Shown in pieces: positions 39,473 to 49,250 of a stretch of 64,000 nt of DNA. The notes below the pieces were generated by a model. The model made no database searches and was not told the origin of the DNA. It worked only from the letters and a program-made list of their open reading frames with translations. The stretch lies in IMG/VR virus record IMGVR_UViG_3300023710_000222; one strand, written 5' to 3'. The position numbers and the translations under genes were made by a program. Position 1 is the first letter of the stretch; the number at the start of each line of letters is the position of its first letter. The DNA is from an uncultured virus (IMG/VR IMGVR_UViG_3300023710_000222). Its lineage: Duplodnaviria; Heunggongvirae; Uroviricota; Caudoviricetes.

Positions 39473-42400
39473 TTACTTTATTTTTGCCAACACATCTCCG
39501 AACTTTGCATAGTTCACGACAACGCCATCATCGAGGTCGAAGGCGATGGCGTGTTCTGCTACGACTTGAAGGCGTTCGTGGTACTCACGGCATTCTTCGA
39601 GTGCCTTTTGGAAGTTCTGAAGCTTGCGGTTTTCTGCGGTTGAGAGGGATGCTGCCCGCTTTTCGAGATCTGCAATCTGGTTCTGCAGGTACTCGATGTA
39701 GGGCAAGAGGTAATTCTGACGTACCCGCTCAGCAGTATAGGCATCCATACGGTGCATGTATGCCAGGCACTTGAAGGCACCCTTAGCAGAGCTGAAGAGC
39801 CAGTAGATGGGACGGTTCTGGTACATCTTCTTATGATCTTTCCAAAAGTCCTTTTGAACATAGTTGTCTATGGTGGTACCCAAGGACTGCTCCATGAAGT
39901 TCAGGTTCTCTGTCAGCTTCTCTGTTCCGAAGGTGATGCGGATGAAGTCGGTGATGCGACTACTGAGGTTGTCATCGAATGGTGAGTTCTGTGGCAATAT
40001 GGGTATGATGCCGTCATCATCGATGCGTACCTCTTCGCCGTTATAGCTATATGATGCTAACTCTTCATCCGTAGGATTAGGATGTGCGATATTCAGCCCT
40101 GGCTTATCAAGGCGGTATCGTCCCATCCACACGCCTACAGCGTAAGAGATGAGTTGCTTCATGATGACATCAGCATTGAAGCGAATGGTATCACCATAGC
40201 CGGAATCATCACCAGGTTCGGGAATCACTGTTATCTCCCCCTGTTGGAGGATAGTGATTTCCGATGTTGGAACAAACTCTTCAAGTTCTTCCTGAAGACC
40301 ATATATCTCAATGAACTGGCGGTTCAACTCTTCCTCGTTCTGCTTCAGGCGATAGAAGTTTGTTTCCCACTTCATCTTGTACATATCATAACGCCATTCT
40401 AACTTTTCAGGTTCTGGAGCCGCAGGGTCTATGCACAATCCGTGAAAATCTGCATAATCGTCTATAATGTCAAGGAAGTTATCTTCATTGATGGCAACCA
40501 GTTCATTTTGGGCAAAGTCCCAAGAAGTTTCTTGGGAATCCCAGTCGAGCTTGGATATGGAAATACAGTTATCTATCAACTCTACAGAGACATCATTATC
40601 AATGTATGGTAATTTAGCAACAACACCTGAATTAAAATGCAATGTAGGCGATAATACTTTTAGCATTTCTATTGATGGCTTTGAATTCAAAAAAGCCATT
40701 ATTTTGGCTTTCAATTCACTAGATTCTGTAAAAATACATTGTCCTGTTGTATCAAACAAATAGCCAGCAGGCGAATAACGTAAAGAAATATAACCGCTAC
40801 TTAATGCAGACCATGTTATTGACTCTTTAAAATAATGCTGAATGTTTTTAATTGTTCTAGTTGGACTACCATATAAACTTGCAGCAAAACCTAGAAGCTC
40901 CTGTCCATCATGCTCCCAATTAATGATGTATTCATTATTGCCATACCACTTTCGATATGATCCTCCTTTGTTATAAGGAAACCATTTACATTTACTTAAA
41001 ACTGATTCCTCTCTTGAAGATGAATTAAATGAGATCCTTTTGATGCTAGGTTCATGCCATAGTCTTAAGAAACGATTATTGTCACTTGTAGCCAGCCCTT
41101 GACGAGGTGCTGCAAAATCTCCGATTGTTGGATGGTTAAATGCAGATAACATTTTGTTACTAATCCAATAACCCAAAATACAGCCTGGAATTTTCATGAA
41201 ATTACTCTGCTTTATTTGCGGGAAGCAAATACCTGTAACATTATTGTCCAATGCATTTAAGAACATTTGTTCTTTTTCTGAACAGTTCTTTCCATCAACA
41301 ATACGGAAATAAATACTACCATCTTTGTAATTATGATTAGATATAATAAAGGCGGCATTCTGCACAACTTCGCCACTTAAATCATCAAATGTTCGAGGAC
41401 CAAGATGTAAGAGAGAGTCTATATGATATTTCTCAAGTATAGCCCTCCTTAATAGCTCAAAAGATGAAATAAACATCCATGAATGCATATTTATCATCCC
41501 ATATTTGCCATTCATAGATAATCGGTTAACAGCTACTTCCATAAATACGGCAAAAAGGTCTGCTTTACTTTGAACATAATTATCACAGATGTACTTGTAT
41601 AAAGAGTCATCAAAGCGAGAACTTCCCATATATGGCGGATTCATCACGAGTGCAGCATATTTATCTGTCAGCGTAATGATGAGACTCATCGCAGGCTTGA
41701 TTTCCTCAACAGCTTCTGGTATGAAGCTTTGACTACTCCAATAGTCTATTGCTTCAACGATTGCAAGTCTTGTTGACTCAGCAATATCAAACTTCATGAT
41801 AGAACCGAGAGAGTCCGCATCCTTAATCAATGCGAAGGCATCTATCAAATCTTCATAAGTCTGACGGGAAGGAGTTTCGTTGAAGAAAACTGGAAGACTG
41901 TCTGTCACCTTGTCTGACGGAATAGGCTTAGGCATATTAAGTACCATTGGTAAAATATGGGCATCTGCGAACGAAGCATCCTTCTGACATGCCTTCAATA
42001 GCAAAGAAAAAGTGGCCAACTGTTTTGCACGAGTATCAAGGTCTATACCTCTCAGGTTGTATTTGAAGATTTTCTCAATAGCTTCTCTTCGACCATAGCC
42101 TTCGTAAAGGTAGAGATCATAGAAGAGGTCGAAGCACTCATTGAGAATATGGCCGGAGCCACAGGCCAAGTCGCCAGTTAAGAGTTCCGTCAACTCCTTG
42201 AACTTGAAGATAGCATCTTCTGGAGTTGGCTCAGACGGCTCCACCAAGTACTGCCATTTAGGTGCAAACTCTGAAGCTGCTCGTGGATGATTATCAAGGT
42301 AAATGCGCCCAATGGTATTCTGCACCATGTACTTCACAATCCAGTTAGGCGTGAAGATCTGCGTGGCAGCAGGTATCTCATCTGCATTATATTTACCCTT

Positions 42401-43090
42401 CTTGGCAAACACCTCATCCTTGCGCTCCGAGATATAGAACTGGTAGAGCCAGCCAATCAATTCCGGAGAGTGGAAATCGCTGTCAGTGATAAACTCCGTC
42501 TGGTTCAAGAGATCCACGAATCCACCTTCTGTGAGGATGTCATTGGGCAGAAGCAATTCCGTGTAGTCTGCTACGCTGCCGAAACAGGCATTGATGATGG
42601 CGTTGTTATGACAGAATGCCGCAATGAGAACGGCAAATTGCTCCGTCATGCGGGAATCATCATCAAGAAGTTCCATGAGGCGTGTACGTTGTGTCTCCTG
42701 CATCTGCGGTAGCCGTCCCATGCGGGCCTCATCTACTATGCGAGGGGTACGGGCTGCATCCACATATTCAAGGACGGGTTCAATGATGCCATTCTTCTGG
42801 AGGATGCGGATGGCCACCAGGCGGTTGAACCATGTATAAGCAGCTTCTTCATACACCTCCTTGATGCCCTTCTGCTTGATGCGGGCATATAGAGCCTGCC
42901 ATTGATGGAAGAAGCTCTCCGTCTGCAGCTGTCCATTCCATAAGGAACCGCCTTGCATGAGTTCCGGGCGCAGGTGTTCTGGGACATTGCCGTTACGGTC
43001 AAAGCCCAGCATGGTTATCTTGGCTGCAACACCAGCCTTTAGTTTATTTCGTGCTTCAACAGCAAACTTCTTGATGCGATTGGTATCCAC
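39473..43090 (-). CDS. pglX: BREX-1 adenine methyltransferase PglX (BrxX)
   Basis: EEAAYTWFNR, PAATQIFTP, DLACGSGH, MNPPY, RPIYWLFSS and DLDDGVVVNY motifs; GTG start. Confidence 0.95.
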   Translation of the reverse strand: MDTNRIKKFAVEARNKLKAGVAAKITMLGFDRNGNVPEHLRPELMQGGSLWNGQLQTESFFHQWQALYARIKQKGIKEVYEEAAYTWFNRLVAIRILQKNGIIEPVLEYVDAARTPRIVDEARMGRLPQMQETQRTRLMELLDDDSRMTEQFAVLIAAFCHNNAIINACFGSVADYTELLLPNDILTEGGFVDLLNQTEFITDSDFHSPELIGWLYQFYISERKDEVFAKKGKYNADEIPAATQIFTPNWIVKYMVQNTIGRIYLDNHPRAASEFAPKWQYLVEPSEPTPEDAIFKFKELTELLTGDLACGSGHILNECFDLFYDLYLYEGYGRREAIEKIFKYNLRGIDLDTRAKQLATFSLLLKACQKDASFADAHILPMVLNMPKPIPSDKVTDSLPVFFNETPSRQTYEDLIDAFALIKDADSLGSIMKFDIAESTRLAIVEAIDYWSSQSFIPEAVEEIKPAMSLIITLTDKYAALVMNPPYMGSSRFDDSLYKYICDNYVQSKADLFAVFMEVAVNRLSMNGKYGMINMHSWMFISSFELLRRAILEKYHIDSLLHLGPRTFDDLSGEVVQNAAFIISNHNYKDGSIYFRIVDGKNCSEKEQMFLNALDNNVTGICFPQIKQSNFMKIPGCILGYWISNKMLSAFNHPTIGDFAAPRQGLATSDNNRFLRLWHEPSIKRISFNSSSREESVLSKCKWFPYNKGGSYRKWYGNNEYIINWEHDGQELLGFAASLYGSPTRTIKNIQHYFKESITWSALSSGYISLRYSPAGYLFDTTGQCIFTESSELKAKIMAFLNSKPSIEMLKVLSPTLHFNSGVVAKLPYIDNDVSVELIDNCISISKLDWDSQETSWDFAQNELVAINEDNFLDIIDDYADFHGLCIDPAAPEPEKLEWRYDMYKMKWETNFYRLKQNEEELNRQFIEIYGLQEELEEFVPTSEITILQQGEITVIPEPGDDSGYGDTIRFNADVIMKQLISYAVGVWMGRYRLDKPGLNIAHPNPTDEELASYSYNGEEVRIDDDGIIPILPQNSPFDDNLSSRITDFIRITFGTEKLTENLNFMEQSLGTTIDNYVQKDFWKDHKKMYQNRPIYWLFSSAKGAFKCLAYMHRMDAYTAERVRQNYLLPYIEYLQNQIADLEKRAASLSTAENRKLQNFQKALEECREYHERLQVVAEHAIAFDLDDGVVVNYAKFGDVLAKIK

Positions 43091-43130
43091 GGATTATGAA
43101 AGTTGAGAGTTGAAAGTTTAAAGTTGAAAG

Positions 43131-46100
43131 TTACTTGATGACCATTACGCTGTCGTAATCGACAAGCAGTTTGGTAAGCTGATCCTTCAGACCTTTCAGA
43201 TAGCGGTCAATATCCTCCTCATTGGAGAGAGGTATGGAAGTCTTGGTCTGGAGAGAAACCTGACGAACACGCTTCTTTGGCTCTTCGGGATTGGGGCCAG
43301 TTCCGCCACCAGCAGGAGGATTAGAACCAGTAGGCGGCTGTGGCTTATGCTTGGCCGCATACTCCAAGATGATGCCTATCTGCTCTTCGTAGAAAGCATC
43401 CGTGTTGATATTGCCTTTGAGGACCAGGATGTTCTCCGGCGTAGTCTTGGAAAGGATGACCTTTTCCTTATTTGGCAAAACAGAAAGCGGTACGTTCTGC
43501 TCAGCTGCCACCTTTTCGAGATAAGCAAATTGCTCATTATAAGCAATCGTGATTTTCTCGCGAAGGTCTTTTCGCACTTCATCGAGGATGGCCTCCAAAT
43601 CCCGTTTCAGCTTGATATAGTTGCGCAGTCCCTGAATAGGCCATTGGTCTGCCTCTATCTTGATGAACTGTGAGACGTGTTCCTGGTAGCTTACAGGTAC
43701 AAAGGCAAAGTTATACTGATTATCCTTTGAGAATGCCAGCAATTCGCGGTATGTGTCCAGATGATCGTGCGTGAACTGCACCACCTCCTTACAGCGGTCG
43801 AAGAGGTCATGCGCCTGCTGACGGCTATTGATGACAGCCTCGAAGAACGCTTTCGGGTCGCGTTCTGTCAGCCAAGCATCGAAGAGGTCAATGGCATCAT
43901 GGATTGGTTTGGCAAAGGGATAGCCACCAATCTGCTGCTCAATCTTATGATAGCTGGAGCGACGGTCATTGATACTCTGAGAACTGCCAGGCTCATGGCA
44001 GAGACGGAAGAGCTGTGTGCTGTCGTTGGTGGAGAACACCTGTGTCACGCCAAAGATGTATTTCCAAGCATCCGTGAAAGCATTGATGATGTCCTGGGAA
44101 ATAGCCACAGCCTGACGAAGCGTGAACTTGGATGACTCTTGAACCAAGCGGCTGGCCACCAACGATGTCTCTACATTCGGGTTATTCGTGTAGGAATAAT
44201 CACGGCGGTGACGGCGAACCAATTCATTGATGACATACAGGGTGCAGATGGCATCCCATCCGTATGGAGCCTTGGCGAACTTACTCACCACGTCGGCAAC
44301 ATTAGCATCGTAAGCCGTCTTGTTAAGGTAGATTTCCACCTCATGCTCAGCAGGTGTGAGCGTGGCATTCAGACCATCATAGTCACCCGTGTTAATGGGG
44401 CGAAGAATGGCCTTTCGCAAAGCATCAGTATTACGCGGCATATCAGGGCGATCCACAAGAGCAGCCTTGGTATAGATGCCCGAAAGGTGTTTCTGAATGG
44501 CGAGGTGGAAACGTTCTGCACCTCGTTTGTTGCCAATCTCAATGTCATCCATCACCCGCATACCGCTGATGATGGGACAGGTATCGAGAATCTTCTTGAA
44601 GCCCGGTTCAATAATCATGCTAAACACCTCGCCAGCTCGTTTCTCAAACTCTTTGCGTGTCTTGGCATTCTCTTCACTGGAGGGCTGTGTGGCCATGTAA
44701 CGGCTCACCTGACAATACCAATAGAAGGTGTTATAAAGGCGCTTGTTATCCATGAACTGCGGCCCGACGTAATACACCATGCGGTTAGGAGCATTGGTGA
44801 GAGCCAATTGGTCTGCCGTGTCGTAGTCGGCATCCATCGTGAATTCCACTACAATGTCAGGCGAGTTGGAAAGGAACTGACGTTGTTTGATGGTGGCACC
44901 AACAGCAAAGGAACGAGTAAGGAACTGTTCCTTGTTCTTCAGCGTAGAAAGATACTTGAAGAAAATCTCTCGGAGCTGTTCTGCCTGAGTGTTGTTGTCA
45001 ACGCTCTGGCTCTGGATGAGCTGCGCCACCTTCATCTCCTCTTCACTATAGAAGGAGAAAGTGTCCAGTGCGCCGTCCTTACCCTGTTCGCGGCGGATGA
45101 TGTTGTTGTCGCAGAGGAACTCGACAATCTTCTCCACCTCCGTCTTGATGGACAGTCGCGGTGTGCTGATGTCATTCACCAGAAGCGAAGTGATATTGTC
45201 TATGTTGGCGGGGAACAGCAGCTGGTCGTTCTGCGAGATATTGCAAATCATGAACAGCACCTTGGCCACTCGGACAGCAAGACGAGGATCCTGTGTGTAG
45301 GTACGAGCCATATCCTCGGCATTCTTGAATGCCTTGTGACCGATGGCCTGCAGTCCTTCCTCGAACATGTTGTTATACAGCTCGTCGAAAGAAACGAACT
45401 TGCCCAATTCCTGTTCGGCACAAGCCTTGGCGGTAGAATGGATGACCTTGATTATACTGCGCTCGTTACCCTTCACTTCACGGGCCACATAGCCCAACTG
45501 AAGGAATGAGTTGAACACCTGCATAATCAGTTTGAACTGATAGGGCACGAATGGATAGTAGTCAATGAAGTTCTCTTCGGTGTCGAAGTTGCAGTAGCTG
45601 TTGGGCAGTTTGAATTGCAGGCTGAAGGCCGCTTTCTGCTTGTTATAGAGTGCTGCCAGCGTAGGCTTCACTTCCAGCTTTTTGTCAAGAATACGTTTCT
45701 GGGTAATCACTTCGGGTTGTGTTCCCTTCAGGCTAACCTTCACCTCGAAGCGTCCCATAATCTTGCCCTCCTTATCCTTTTCCTCTGCGATGTGACAGTC
45801 ATCCAACACCTCCGAAAGATCCTGCTGGGCTGTACATGCCACCCATACCTTGTTGGCACAAGCCTCAGACAGTTTTGTGATAATCTCCTGAAGATTGAGA
45901 TAGCGGTCTTTCTCCTTGTTGATGAACTGACTCACCTCATCTGCCAGGAGTATGAGGCGGTAGTCCTCTCCCTTGTCTTTGAGGAACGAAGACAGCTCTG
46001 CGGCGAAGCGCTCTATAGAGATATTCATATCACGGCGTACAATGCGCTCGCGAATACTCTCTTTGTCAAGTGTAGGAGCCAATTCACAGGCAATGTCAAG

Positions 46101-46778
46101 AACCATTCCAAGCTCATTGTCTATCATGTCAGCAGCCATGCTCGGGTCATCCCAGTCACCACCTTCCTCTGCGATGCGCTGTTTGAACTCCTCGAATACA
46201 CCTTTCTCCTGCAAGGGCTTTTCGAGGTTTTGGGCAAGCGTGAGGTTGAACTTATTGAATCCACGTTTCCCATTGAACTCATTCCAGAAGATATGAAGGA
46301 AGGATTTCTTCTTATCAATGGTGGTGTCGTAGCTTGTTTCGAGGTTGAAGATGCAAGTCTGGATGGTAGCCTTCTTCAGCCACGTAGCAATATCCCTCAT
46401 GGAACTGTAATCACATCCCGCCATGAGACTGTGCTTCTCGTCCATGGGGTCAATGGCCTTGATTGCATCCAGCAGTCGGCCAAGAGCATCCTCCTGTGTC
46501 TCAGGAGTGATGCAATAATCGAGATATTTCAGGAAATGAGACTTACCAGAGCCATAGTAGCCATCAATCCATATACCTACGTGGTCGTAGGGCTTATTGT
46601 CCTTGATGGCACTTAGAATTCGGTACAGGCCATTGATGATTTCATCTGTAAAGACGTATTCATCAATTTCCGTGCGGATGGTTTCGGGGTCATCCAACTT
46701 AGTGGCACTGACGGCAGGATTTACAGTGCGGGTAATAGGCTTGCTGTATAATTCTTTCAGCTTCATTTTATTGCTCAT
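43131..46778 (-). CDS. brxC: BREX P-loop ATPase BrxC
   Basis: WIDGYYGSGKSHF, LADEVSQF and YPFVPYQ motifs. Confidence 0.93.
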   Translation of the reverse strand: MSNKMKLKELYSKPITRTVNPAVSATKLDDPETIRTEIDEYVFTDEIINGLYRILSAIKDNKPYDHVGIWIDGYYGSGKSHFLKYLDYCITPETQEDALGRLLDAIKAIDPMDEKHSLMAGCDYSSMRDIATWLKKATIQTCIFNLETSYDTTIDKKKSFLHIFWNEFNGKRGFNKFNLTLAQNLEKPLQEKGVFEEFKQRIAEEGGDWDDPSMAADMIDNELGMVLDIACELAPTLDKESIRERIVRRDMNISIERFAAELSSFLKDKGEDYRLILLADEVSQFINKEKDRYLNLQEIITKLSEACANKVWVACTAQQDLSEVLDDCHIAEEKDKEGKIMGRFEVKVSLKGTQPEVITQKRILDKKLEVKPTLAALYNKQKAAFSLQFKLPNSYCNFDTEENFIDYYPFVPYQFKLIMQVFNSFLQLGYVAREVKGNERSIIKVIHSTAKACAEQELGKFVSFDELYNNMFEEGLQAIGHKAFKNAEDMARTYTQDPRLAVRVAKVLFMICNISQNDQLLFPANIDNITSLLVNDISTPRLSIKTEVEKIVEFLCDNNIIRREQGKDGALDTFSFYSEEEMKVAQLIQSQSVDNNTQAEQLREIFFKYLSTLKNKEQFLTRSFAVGATIKQRQFLSNSPDIVVEFTMDADYDTADQLALTNAPNRMVYYVGPQFMDNKRLYNTFYWYCQVSRYMATQPSSEENAKTRKEFEKRAGEVFSMIIEPGFKKILDTCPIISGMRVMDDIEIGNKRGAERFHLAIQKHLSGIYTKAALVDRPDMPRNTDALRKAILRPINTGDYDGLNATLTPAEHEVEIYLNKTAYDANVADVVSKFAKAPYGWDAICTLYVINELVRRHRRDYSYTNNPNVETSLVASRLVQESSKFTLRQAVAISQDIINAFTDAWKYIFGVTQVFSTNDSTQLFRLCHEPGSSQSINDRRSSYHKIEQQIGGYPFAKPIHDAIDLFDAWLTERDPKAFFEAVINSRQQAHDLFDRCKEVVQFTHDHLDTYRELLAFSKDNQYNFAFVPVSYQEHVSQFIKIEADQWPIQGLRNYIKLKRDLEAILDEVRKDLREKITIAYNEQFAYLEKVAAEQNVPLSVLPNKEKVILSKTTPENILVLKGNINTDAFYEEQIGIILEYAAKHKPQPPTGSNPPAGGGTGPNPEEPKKRVRQVSLQTKTSIPLSNEEDIDRYLKGLKDQLTKLLVDYDSVMVIK

Positions 46779-47382
46779 TGATTAGAAGGGTTGCACGATA
46801 GGTATGATTGTCTGGCAAAACGCCGAAGAGCCGGAATGAATTTTCCTCACGGTGGCCAGGATAGAATACGATGATTTTGTATCGGCTTGTGTCGTTGTAG
46901 TTCTCATAGAGCGCCAGCAACTCATTGACACGTATGTAAGGGAACATGCTGCCAACGCCATTGACGAAAACAAAAGGCCTGCGGAAGTCATCTTTGATGT
47001 TGATATGGTCAAGGATTCGCTTGTGCAAAAATTGCAAGAACTCCTGACTATGTGCATTCCGAATCAAAGTCTCCTGTGTAGAGCTGGCCTTGGATGGGTC
47101 TGCCTCTTCCTTTTCCATCAGATATTTCAGCATACTGGGATGTTTCAGGAATTTCTTCTGATCCAGGAACTGGCAGAACTCCTCAAAGAGGTTCAGGCAG
47201 AGCACATCCACATAGTTGATAGGACGTATGAGGTTCGCCTTGAACTCCTGTATCTGGCGACGGATGTCATACTCCTTCTCTGCCGGATACTGATAGATGA
47301 AGAAGTTATAGAACAAGTCGCCGTTTTCAGGGTCTTGGAAACTGGGGCTGTTCAGTTTATCGTCTAATTCCTTTATCGTCAT
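46768..47382 (-). CDS. brxB: BREX BrxB (DUF1788)
   Basis: FFIYQYP, GVGSMFPYIR, VFYPG and YRA motifs; ATG at 47382 overlaps the brxA stop (ATGA). Confidence 0.88.
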   Translation of the reverse strand: MTIKELDDKLNSPSFQDPENGDLFYNFFIYQYPAEKEYDIRRQIQEFKANLIRPINYVDVLCLNLFEEFCQFLDQKKFLKHPSMLKYLMEKEEADPSKASSTQETLIRNAHSQEFLQFLHKRILDHINIKDDFRRPFVFVNGVGSMFPYIRVNELLALYENYNDTSRYKIIVFYPGHREENSFRLFGVLPDNHTYRATLLINEQ

Positions 47383-48005
47383 AGTATTTCTTTCTTTATG
47401 GCTTCTATCTCGTATGGCATGAGCAAACAGGCTTCCAAGGACCATTGTTCACCGCATGAGATATAGTAGGCGAAATTTGTAGCAGAGAGAGGATGTAACT
47501 TATCCTCTATATCGAGAATACCCACCTTGCGGAGTATGGTCAGGTATGCACTGGCGACTTTACGCTTAGTCTTGTCGCTCCACGAATCCACGAATTCATC
47601 ACGGGCCGAGACCTCATTGAACTCCATTTCAATGTCATCGTATGTAACAGACTTCGATATGCTGTTCCACTTGCGCATCGTTATATTGACGTGGAAATCG
47701 AAGCAAATCTTGTATGTCTTCAAGATGACGAAGAGCAGAGCCACAGCCTGGTCATCGTCATTCATAGCCTGGAAGTCCACCCAGAAAGATGCCGGCATGG
47801 CATCGTAGCGTCGGGCGATTTCCATGATAAAGCGATAACGTGATGTCTCGGCATTTATCTTTAGAAGGCGGTTGTTGAGCCTTTCATCTTTGAGCAATTG
47901 TTCTCTGTTGTCTGATTGCAACAGAGGAAGCAGGGCTTTTGTTTCTTCCAGTAAGAAGCCTCCCCCTGTGATTGCAGCAGTATATGGTGATTTATATGTA
48001 GTCAT
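47379..48005 (-). CDS. brxA: BREX BrxA (DUF1819)
   Basis: YTAAITGGGFLLEE and WSDKT..KV..YLTIL..VG motifs; position before brxB. Confidence 0.88.
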   Translation of the reverse strand: MTTYKSPYTAAITGGGFLLEETKALLPLLQSDNREQLLKDERLNNRLLKINAETSRYRFIMEIARRYDAMPASFWVDFQAMNDDDQAVALLFVILKTYKICFDFHVNITMRKWNSISKSVTYDDIEMEFNEVSARDEFVDSWSDKTKRKVASAYLTILRKVGILDIEDKLHPLSATNFAYYISCGEQWSLEACLLMPYEIEAIKKEIL

Positions 48006-49015
48006 TATGATTCGTAATTCTTAACTGATTGGATAATCTGATTTTGGATTTTCTCCCTGAATGGCTCGGGACTCAGCACCTTCATGTGCATCCCCTGTGC
48101 CAGTATGCGTGATTCCAGCTCAAAGTTAGGGATGACGCTGATGCTTATTTCAGCAGAACCGTCCTCGTTCTCTGCTATTATTGCCTGGCTTTTGTGCAGC
48201 GGTTTGGATTTGATATATGGCCACTGCTTATTGTCCACCCACAGGTGAATCTCTGTCAGCTCGCTCCCTTTCGGGAAGCTTACGCCAATCACATCATCAA
48301 AGAATTTGTTGAAATCCACACCTTCGTTTTCTCGATAGGGACGGCTGACGTGTTCCATTTCAACAATTCTGTCCAATGCGAGGGTAGCTATCTCCTTCCA
48401 TTCCTCGTACCATCCGAGCAAGAACCAACGGTTATTGTATTGTTTCAGGAAGTACGGGTGAATGGTGTACTTAAACGGCTCTGGAATCTTAAAGCTCTGG
48501 TACTTGATATGAAGTACCTGTTTCTTCACAATCGCCGAATAGACATCCCGGTAGAACTTCATCCCATCCACGTATGGGTTTTCATCAAAAGCAACCACAG
48601 GCTTTTGATTGGCTGGGTTCATAAAGAACTGGGATGATAAGCGGCTGTTGATTTCTTCGAGCCATTCAAAATGCGGTACTCCTTCAAAGCGTGACAGCAG
48701 CTGCATAGTCTGATTCAGCAGCTGAAGTTCGTTTTCCTTCAGTTGCATGTGGAAAATAGATTCACCTTTCTTAGCGTAGCGGTAGAATATGTTTCGCCCC
48801 ACCTTCTCAGAAACGATACGGACCCCATAATGTGTTTCCATATTATTCAGGTCAAGCCGGATGGTCGTTGTAGAGGTGACCAGTTCCATTTTTTCCTCCT
48901 CCAAGCGTCTGTTGCACGCCGCCATGAGGTCACGGACAGAGTAGTGTCCGTGTCGGTCACTCAGGCAGCGGTCAATGATAATCTCCCGCACAGTTGCATT
49001 TTTTGTATTAGCCAT
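48005..49015 (-). CDS. brxR: WYL-domain transcriptional regulator (BrxR-like)
   Basis: N-terminal HTH, HPYFLKQYNNRWFL, ALDRI and WCX-like C-terminus; first gene of the BREX operon; start MANTKN (49015). Confidence 0.88.
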   Translation of the reverse strand: MANTKNATVREIIIDRCLSDRHGHYSVRDLMAACNRRLEEEKMELVTSTTTIRLDLNNMETHYGVRIVSEKVGRNIFYRYAKKGESIFHMQLKENELQLLNQTMQLLSRFEGVPHFEWLEEINSRLSSQFFMNPANQKPVVAFDENPYVDGMKFYRDVYSAIVKKQVLHIKYQSFKIPEPFKYTIHPYFLKQYNNRWFLLGWYEEWKEIATLALDRIVEMEHVSRPYRENEGVDFNKFFDDVIGVSFPKGSELTEIHLWVDNKQWPYIKSKPLHKSQAIIAENEDGSAEISISVIPNFELESRILAQGMHMKVLSPEPFREKIQNQIIQSVKNYES

Positions 49016-49152
49016 GTTTTTATACAGGTTTAATAGCCATTTTGCAGCTAAAAGCGGGTTAAAATTATATTTATTTTCGCAGACTACCATCTTTTTTGTC
49101 CTTTTGGAGCGGTTTTGACCCTAATTATACACATTGTTTAACATTTCGGGGG

Positions 49153-49192
49153 CAAAAATAAGCAAAATAGGCACACTTGAATTGTGCCTATT
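49153..49192 (-). promoter_or_regulatory. brxR/BREX promoter with inverted-repeat operator
   Basis: Perfect AATAGGCACA-N7-TGTGCCTATT (49166-49192) 5 nt from the -7 element TATTTTTG (49153-49160). Confidence 0.8.
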
Positions 49193-49250
49193 GGTGTTTT
49201 TTACACCTTATTATATAAAAAAAGATTTTTTATTTTTGAGGGTGTTTTAA

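Noticed and set aside
43347..46616. Long plus-strand ORFs opposite brxC (similar ones lie opposite the tape measure and primase genes)
   Set aside because: Antisense shadows caused by codon bias
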